Shown: piece by piece, positions 7,042-13,404 of the stretch
Position numbering within the stretch: position 1 is the stretch's first letter
Layout: each line of letters begins with the position of its first letter
NCBI GenBank assembly: GCA_017958585.1
Contig: JAGDCK010000097.1
Location: 1-32,612 of the forward strand
Length of the DNA: 32,612 nucleotides
Direction: 5' to 3'
Source: Lachnospiraceae bacterium
GTDB lineage: Bacteria > Bacillota > Clostridia > Lachnospirales > Lachnospiraceae
Notes under the pieces: generated by a model
Told to the model about the DNA's origin: nothing
The model's database searches: none
What the model saw: only the letters and a program-made list of their open reading frames with translations
Program-made: the position numbers and the translations under genes

Positions 7042-10000
7042 ATGAAGCTTAAAAACATTTTAAAGTCATTATTAACAGTAGTATTAGCAGTATCAATGAT
7101 TTCCACTGAGGCATCCGCTATCACCGGTGAGTCCCTCAGCAACAAAGAAAGCGACACAGGAACCCAGGTACATAAGGTAGACAATTCCGCAAACACCGGT
7201 TTATTCAAGGTTCTCATGTCAGATTCTTCTGATGAGATGACTGTTTACCAGATCGCCACAATGGACCTTACAAACGGCACAGTTTCCTGGATCCCCGAGG
7301 TTCAGAACTGGATCGGAGTTTCAGCCGGCGGTGCGACAACAAACGCTTCAGCAGACGGAAAAGCATTTGCAGCTTATTACAAGCCCGAGCTTTTAGCTTC
7401 AGCTTCAACAGCTGTTCAGACAGACTTTTACAATGCATTATATGGTAAGATCAACGGAACAGCAGGAATAGATTTTGCTAACTGCCCTGTCAGCGTTGAG
7501 ACAAGCGAGACAAATATCAACTCAGGTAAGGTTGTAAAAGCTTCATCTCAGGATCAGATAGCTTTTTACCTTAAAAATCCTACTGATACATTTTTGGTAA
7601 TTGCCGATAAGACATATGTTCCCAGGCAAGGTTATCAGAACGGAGCTAACGGCGGTACAATTTATATCGCAGGTGAAGAAGTAACATATCAGGTGGTTGA
7701 TGAGAACGGAAGTACTACACAGTCACTTGTACTCACAGATTCAAATTATGCAACAGCAGGTTTGATTCCCGTTACATACTTTATTCTTCATGATGCAGTG
7801 GATGTTCCATCAGCCAGAATCGCAGAAGGAAGTATTTATCAGGAAGCAGCACTTGGAAGCTATACATTTAACGATATGCCCATCGGCTTATATGCAGTAG
7901 TGGCAAACAGTGGATCCAAGATTTATTCTCCTCTTACAGTAGCTCTTATCCCTAACAGAGACGGTGCTACAGGAGCTTGGTACTTAAGCGATGAGATCTC
8001 AGTTTCATTGAAGGCTGCAGAGCTTACAATGGAAAAGACCATCAACGGCAAGAAGTCAGATATCGTTCATGTAGGCGAGGATGTACAGTTCGAAATTACA
8101 TTTAACATTCCTGAATATACAGAGCGAAGAGTAGAAAATACTCAGACAGGAAAGTATGAATTCAGAAACTCCATCAAGAAGTATACACTTACCTTCGACG
8201 ATGTACTTGACTCAGCTTTTACACTTGATGCAGATTCAGTTACAGTAAAATACAGAAATGACTCCAGCGATGCTTGGGAGGAGTTCCCTGAGAAGTATTA
8301 CAATTCACTTATCGCTTCTCCGGCAGCAAGCGAGAATGACTACGGTGTATATGTAGGTGGATGTTCACCTTCACATATGTATCTGTACAAGATCTTTATC
8401 AACAACTACAAGCACTATGACGGAGTTACATCCGCAACTGCAGGCGCAACATATGATCCCGATAAGGATAAATATTATGTAATGGGACATGCTTACTACT
8501 ATGAGAGAGATGGTGCTTATTATCTCATGGAGAATGATACAGCACAGAACATGCCTGCTTACTATGGTAACAGCTCTACAACATATGTACCTGTAACCCC
8601 CGGAACCACAGTACTTACAGGAAACCAGATCAGAGCACTTTATTCAAGCTACACAAAGGATACAATCGGACACGGCTGGAAACTCTTCCCTGCATCACAG
8701 TATCCTGAATATGCATTAAATATCTTCAACGTATCCTTCAACTATGATGTGATGCTTGACGATAACTTTGACCTTAGCAACCTTGAACTTCAGATCAGAT
8801 ACAATGCAGAAGTAAACAAGACTATCGATATGGGTTCAGAGGACAATACAAACTACGTTAAGATGACATATGAGACTAACTCACAGGGTACTACAACAGA
8901 TGTTATCGACGATGAAGTAAGAGCTTACTCTTACGGAGTAAACGTAGTAAAGATCGATGGTGATACAGCTGACAGCGCATCACCCACATACCTGGCAGGT
9001 GCAGTATTCCAGCTCTACAGAGAGATTGGAAGCTTTACAGGAACAGACGACACAGCAACATTCGATGCTCTTTATGACGGCGGAACATCCTATACAGTAG
9101 GAGAGAATACGATTGACCTTACAGTCGGTACATCAACAGCAGATGACCTGATCCAGTTCCTCAATACAAACAATGTTCAGACTTACACAGCAGAGGTTAA
9201 CGGAGAGTACAAGGTATTCGGTCTCCAGACATTGTCAGATCGTACCTATGGCACAAGCTTCAACGGAACCATCACATCAGTTGCAAATGCAAACGGTGTA
9301 AACGTAAACGGTCTTGATGTAGGTAACTACGTACTCGTAGAGACCAATCCTCCTTCAAGTGAGTACAACGTACTCGCAGAGGATATCTACTTTGAGATCA
9401 ATCCTCTCACAGAGGAAGTTGCAAACAGCAATTACAACGGCAGCTATGCAGGATTTATGACAGCAGGCGGAAATGACGCCACATACATGGCAACAGGTTA
9501 TTACAAGATGAACGTCCTTAACTACAAGGGACTTACCCTTCCTTCAACCGGTGGAATCGGTACTAAGATATTTACAGTTAGCGGTTTGTTACTGATGATG
9601 ATCGCAATGGTGGTGATCCTTATGAAGAGCAGAAGAAAAGCTACAACTACATTAATGGGACTTGCATTTGCAGTAGCTTTGATACTTGGAAGCTCAATGG
9701 GTTCAGCTAAGGCTGCAACACCCATCGCCATTGGAAACAATCAGTACGGTACAGAAGTTACCGGTAACGGTACCACAACATTTACAGTAGAGCTTAACCT
9801 TCCCGGCGACAGGATCAAGGTTTATCAGCTGGCAGAACTTAGATATGAGAACGGCACTTTTACATCACCTACATGGTCAACGGCCTTCGGTGAGGATGTC
9901 AGAACATCAGAGTTTTCAGCATATTCAACTCCCGAGCTTCTGGGAGCAGCTGATCCTTCAGTACAGGTTAGATTCCTTGAATGGGCAAACACATGGTGTT

Positions 10001-11892
10001 CACAGCGAGCTGCTCTCCAAGGTATGGATTTCTCAGGAGTTGAGTTTACATCTCTCTCCCAGGACGGATTGTATTACACAGTAAGAAACGTTCCCTACGG
10101 TATCTACCTCATTAAGGCAGACAATACCTCAGGAAAGAACTATACACCCCTTACAGTAAATGCAATGCCTACACAGGAAGGACCTACAGGAAAGTGGTTC
10201 CTGAACGAAAACATTAATGCAACACTTAAGTTCTCATCAATTACGATTGACAAGACTATCAACGGAAACGATGTTTATGACACAGTACATGCAGGCGAGA
10301 ATGTCGAATTTGCCATCGTGGCAGAAGTTCCCAAATATCCCGGCATCACTCCTAAGTATGACTTGACAGATCCTTCAAACCCCGTTGTGGTAAAGGACTT
10401 AAGCGGAAATACAGTTTATGATTACAGTGGTTACACATATGCCATCACTGATATCATGGACAGAAATGACGGTTTTGAACTTGTTGGCAACTTTACAGTA
10501 GAATATGCTACAGACGGACCTGAGAACTGGATCACACTTCCGACTACAGACTATACTTTACTCTTTGCCAACGCAGCTGAATCAAATGCATCAACAGGAC
10601 TTTTCACATACTATGATGCATCAAATTCAAACAACGTGATGTTCCTCGATGTAGAGGTAAGTGAGTCTAACAGCTCAACATATGTTTACAAATATTACAG
10701 CCTGGATCCCGACAGCCAGAACGTGACATTACTCTATGAGACAACATCAGTAGCTATCAACGTACCTGCAACAGTTACAAATACAACAGTTCTTCAGAAC
10801 TACAAAGAGGCAATGGGAATCGATGTTGCATCATTCACCAGAGCAAATGCTTCCAGCTGGCAGACAGTTTACAACGTATCATTTGATTACGAAGCATTAT
10901 ATGAACTGAACGCATTGTACGTAAGGATAACATACGATGCAACAGCAGACGGAACAACAGTTGCAGCCAACGTAGCTAAGGCAACATACCAGAGCGGTAT
11001 TGACGGAAGCTACTCAGATATCGAAGATACAGTATATGCATACTCATACATCCTTAACCTTGTTAAGTCAGATGGTGACAACGCAGGTACATATCTTGCA
11101 GGAGCAATCTTTAACCTTTACAAAGAAGCTTATACATTTGCTCCCGATCTGGCAACAAGAGACGCTTCAGCAACCGCAGATTATCAGTACTTTACCTGGA
11201 AGAAAGCTAACCTTGATGACTCAGTCACAACAGCTCCTACAGGTTATGAGACAATGGCAGCAGTTGATGCCCTCACAGGTCAGGACTTCTACTACAGAGT
11301 TATCGCAGTTGAAGCAAGTGATACACCTTGTGAACTTGATGACCTTACAGCGGCACACAGCCACATAGTAGTTTACAACGTACTTCAGAGCAACATTACC
11401 TCAAACAATACTGCTAACGGTGTCAATGTCAACGGACTTGAGCCCGCATCATACATCCTCATCGAGACAGCAGCTCCCGAAGGATACAACAGATTGAATG
11501 AGGCAATCAGATTTGAGATTACAGAGCTTACAGCAGAAGGTTCATTACTCTTCGAAGGTGATGAGAACAACAAAGAAGACTTCATGGCAGACGAGATCGT
11601 TGAGATCACAGCACCCAGAGTAACAGATTCTTCGGCAGCAGGATATGCTGATTACATTGCAGAACTTACAGCTAAGAGAGCAGCTTACAATCCCGCTGAC
11701 GGAAAGCATCACCTGGTTTACACAGACAGCGTATATCCTGTAGACGTAAAGAACTACAGAGGACTTACACTTCCTTCAACCGGTGGAATCGGTACCAAGA
11801 TCTTCACAGTGGCAGGTATAGCAGTAATGCTTCTGGCAATCCTCATCATCGTGATGAAGAACAGAAAGAATAAAGAGGACGAACAGTACTAA
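7042..11892 (+). CDS. Tandem pilin fusion: module B and module C in one uninterrupted frame (1616 aa), each with its own signal-peptide-like segment, CnaB motif, E-box and LPSTG sorting signal
   Basis: ATG at 7042 follows GGGGAAGG. Module B has signal peptide MKLKNILKSLLTVVLAVSMISTEASA, YLAGAVFQLY, VLVETNPPSSEYNVL, and LPSTGG at 9538-9552 followed by a TM helix and KSRRK. There is no stop; the frame continues into ATTTLMGLAFAVALILGSSMGSAKA-ATP. Module C has YLAGAIFNLY, ILIETAAPEGYNRL, and LPSTGG at 11770-11784 followed by a TM helix and MKNRKNKEDEQY, then a stop. Confidence 0.85.
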   Translation: MKLKNILKSLLTVVLAVSMISTEASAITGESLSNKESDTGTQVHKVDNSANTGLFKVLMSDSSDEMTVYQIATMDLTNGTVSWIPEVQNWIGVSAGGATTNASADGKAFAAYYKPELLASASTAVQTDFYNALYGKINGTAGIDFANCPVSVETSETNINSGKVVKASSQDQIAFYLKNPTDTFLVIADKTYVPRQGYQNGANGGTIYIAGEEVTYQVVDENGSTTQSLVLTDSNYATAGLIPVTYFILHDAVDVPSARIAEGSIYQEAALGSYTFNDMPIGLYAVVANSGSKIYSPLTVALIPNRDGATGAWYLSDEISVSLKAAELTMEKTINGKKSDIVHVGEDVQFEITFNIPEYTERRVENTQTGKYEFRNSIKKYTLTFDDVLDSAFTLDADSVTVKYRNDSSDAWEEFPEKYYNSLIASPAASENDYGVYVGGCSPSHMYLYKIFINNYKHYDGVTSATAGATYDPDKDKYYVMGHAYYYERDGAYYLMENDTAQNMPAYYGNSSTTYVPVTPGTTVLTGNQIRALYSSYTKDTIGHGWKLFPASQYPEYALNIFNVSFNYDVMLDDNFDLSNLELQIRYNAEVNKTIDMGSEDNTNYVKMTYETNSQGTTTDVIDDEVRAYSYGVNVVKIDGDTADSASPTYLAGAVFQLYREIGSFTGTDDTATFDALYDGGTSYTVGENTIDLTVGTSTADDLIQFLNTNNVQTYTAEVNGEYKVFGLQTLSDRTYGTSFNGTITSVANANGVNVNGLDVGNYVLVETNPPSSEYNVLAEDIYFEINPLTEEVANSNYNGSYAGFMTAGGNDATYMATGYYKMNVLNYKGLTLPSTGGIGTKIFTVSGLLLMMIAMVVILMKSRRKATTTLMGLAFAVALILGSSMGSAKAATPIAIGNNQYGTEVTGNGTTTFTVELNLPGDRIKVYQLAELRYENGTFTSPTWSTAFGEDVRTSEFSAYSTPELLGAADPSVQVRFLEWANTWCSQRAALQGMDFSGVEFTSLSQDGLYYTVRNVPYGIYLIKADNTSGKNYTPLTVNAMPTQEGPTGKWFLNENINATLKFSSITIDKTINGNDVYDTVHAGENVEFAIVAEVPKYPGITPKYDLTDPSNPVVVKDLSGNTVYDYSGYTYAITDIMDRNDGFELVGNFTVEYATDGPENWITLPTTDYTLLFANAAESNASTGLFTYYDASNSNNVMFLDVEVSESNSSTYVYKYYSLDPDSQNVTLLYETTSVAINVPATVTNTTVLQNYKEAMGIDVASFTRANASSWQTVYNVSFDYEALYELNALYVRITYDATADGTTVAANVAKATYQSGIDGSYSDIEDTVYAYSYILNLVKSDGDNAGTYLAGAIFNLYKEAYTFAPDLATRDASATADYQYFTWKKANLDDSVTTAPTGYETMAAVDALTGQDFYYRVIAVEASDTPCELDDLTAAHSHIVVYNVLQSNITSNNTANGVNVNGLEPASYILIETAAPEGYNRLNEAIRFEITELTAEGSLLFEGDENNKEDFMADEIVEITAPRVTDSSAAGYADYIAELTAKRAAYNPADGKHHLVYTDSVYPVDVKNYRGLTLPSTGGIGTKIFTVAGIAVMLLAILIIVMKNRKNKEDEQY
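9529..9565 (+). repeat. Sorting-signal DNA repeat, copy 2
   Basis: The sequence ggacttacccttccttcaaccggtggaatcggtacta has 2 mismatches relative to copies 1 and 3. Confidence 0.9.
9538..9714 (+). other. Internal junction: a cell-wall sorting signal fused to the signal peptide of the next pilin module
   Basis: Translation reads LPSTG-GIGTKIFTVSGLLLMMIAMVVIL-MKSRRK-ATTTLMGLAFAVALILGSS-MGSAKA. The basic patch serves both as the sorting-signal tail and as the signal-peptide n-region. An in-frame ATG at 9622 is preceded by GGTGA at 9612-9616. Confidence 0.8.
11761..11797 (+). repeat. Sorting-signal DNA repeat, copy 3
   Basis: The sequence ggacttacacttccttcaaccggtggaatcggtacca is identical to copy 1. 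Confidence 0.9.
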
Positions 11893-11916
11893 ATCTTAGT
11901 GATGTTGTTTAAAAAA

Positions 11917-11955
11917 GGCAGAAGACAGGATAATTAATCTGTCTTCTGCCATTTT
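11917..11955 (+). terminator. Rho-independent terminator ending the pilin operon
   Basis: A perfect 12-bp stem forms between ggcagaagacag (11917-11928) and ctgtcttctgcc (11939-11950). The loop is 10 nt and attttg follows. Confidence 0.85.
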
Positions 11956-11988
11956 GCATAGTCTGAAAAAAGAAATAAATAAAACTTA

Positions 11989-12017
11989 TTTTCAGACTAT
12001 ACAAAATGTTATATAAT
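11989..12017 (+). promoter_or_regulatory. Candidate sigma-A type promoter of the sortase operon
   Basis: An extended -10-like TGtTATATAAT lies at 12007-12017, with a weak -35 (TTTTCA, 11989-11994). RBS GGGGAG lies 9 nt before the ATG at 12037. An 11-bp inverted repeat (11958-12000) overlaps the -35. Confidence 0.45.
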
Positions 12018-12036
12018 ATTATGGGGAGCAAAAAAG

Positions 12037-13404
12037 ATGCAGCAGAATAAAAGTTTTAACTACATGAATCTACTGCTTGTGCTGGTCTTCATTGCAGGAC
12101 TGGCTATTTTGCTGTACCCAAATATTTCCGATTATGTCAATCAGATGAACAGTTCCAAGGCCGTGTCGGAATACGATGAGACACTGGCAGAGATGACCGC
12201 CGCAGAGCGAAGCGAGATGATGATGGTGGCTGATACCTACAATACTTCACTTTCCACCAACCAGTCACGTTTCGTGGATATGACAAACGATGAATTAAAG
12301 GAATACAATCGTACCCTAAACGTTGGCGGCGACGGAATGATGTGTTATCTAAAGATCGACAAGCTGGGTGTAAATCTTCCGGTTTACCACGGAACAACTG
12401 AGGAAGTGCTCCAGAAATACGTTGGTCATATCGAGGGAACAAGCCTTCCCACAGGTGGAATAGGAACCCATTGCGGTCTCTCCGGACACCGCGGACTCCC
12501 CAGTGCGGTGCTTTTTACAAACCTGGACAGAATGGAGGTAGGAGATGAATTTTCCATATTTGTCCTCGGTGAAGAGCATGTTTACGTGGTGGATCAGATA
12601 TCAACGGTTTTGCCCAGTGACATGTCACCCCTTGCCATTGATTCCACAAAGGATTTCTGTACGCTGGTGACATGTACGCCATATGGTGTAAATACTCACA
12701 GACTTATGGTCAGAGGTGTGCGCGTGGGAGATGACGGAAACAAGGAGGGACTTATCGATACCGATGACTCCGAAAGCTCATCAAGCAGCAGGGGAATGAC
12801 CAGAGAACAAATAGTAAATGCCATAGCAGTCGGTATGACAGGTCTCTTTGGACTTATCATCATACCTTTCATACTGGTGGCACCTCCAACAAAGAGAAAG
12901 AATCTCATATTAAGACCATGGGATGACAAGATAGTGGAAGTAATAGATGCCGCAACGGTGGTATCAAACAGTGCCACCAGAGCCAACTGGGAGGTTGCCG
13001 ATGTGGCACGAGAATCCGACTGGCTGGCGGGACTCAGACAGTGGAACGAGAATATGGTAGGCCCGGTCGGTACATATGAGGCCGAGGAGAAGGATCTGTC
13101 CTATGAGCAGGTTGTATCCGAAGGAAATTATGAGGAAAGAGACTGGGACGACTACAGATATGAGGATGGTTTGGACAATCTGAACCTTGATTTTCAATAT
13201 CAGGTAAGTCAGGCGCCGTCGGGCAAGCTTTCTGAGGAAAAGGACAGAAACGAACGGGACGAGAGACCGTGGGATGATGACATCCTGCAGAAGGTTGATC
13301 AGGAGTGGGGCAAGCTTGACGGCCCGGCCCACAAGATAGCGATACAGTTCATAGAGATCAAAAAGATTCTGGAAGAAAGAACCTATGGAAAGAAAAAATC
13401 ATGA
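12037..13404 (+). CDS. srtC: Class C (pilin-polymerising) sortase with a C-terminal TM helix and a cytoplasmic extension of about 170 aa
   Basis: The N-terminal TM is LLLVLVFIAGLAILLYP. The core matches the class C pattern: LPVYHGTTEEVLQKYVGHIEGTSLPTGGIGTHCGLSGHRGLP, LFTNLD, TLVTCTPYGVNTHRLMVRG (Cys codon 12673-12675). A second TM (AIAVGMTGLFGLIIIPFILVAPP) is followed by a long acidic, Trp-rich tail. Confidence 0.9.
   Translation: MQQNKSFNYMNLLLVLVFIAGLAILLYPNISDYVNQMNSSKAVSEYDETLAEMTAAERSEMMMVADTYNTSLSTNQSRFVDMTNDELKEYNRTLNVGGDGMMCYLKIDKLGVNLPVYHGTTEEVLQKYVGHIEGTSLPTGGIGTHCGLSGHRGLPSAVLFTNLDRMEVGDEFSIFVLGEEHVYVVDQISTVLPSDMSPLAIDSTKDFCTLVTCTPYGVNTHRLMVRGVRVGDDGNKEGLIDTDDSESSSSSRGMTREQIVNAIAVGMTGLFGLIIIPFILVAPPTKRKNLILRPWDDKIVEVIDAATVVSNSATRANWEVADVARESDWLAGLRQWNENMVGPVGTYEAEEKDLSYEQVVSEGNYEERDWDDYRYEDGLDNLNLDFQYQVSQAPSGKLSEEKDRNERDERPWDDDILQKVDQEWGKLDGPAHKIAIQFIEIKKILEERTYGKKKS

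Noticed and set aside
7033-11892. Annotating the 1619-aa ORF as two ordinary adjacent pilin genes.
   Set aside because: There is no stop codon in frame between the first LPSTG (9538-9552) and the second mature pilin (from 9715). An internal ATG at 9622 may initiate module C, but module B still reads through. An assembly error cannot be excluded from the sequence alone. However, the analogous junction at 15416-15589 makes an artefact less likely.
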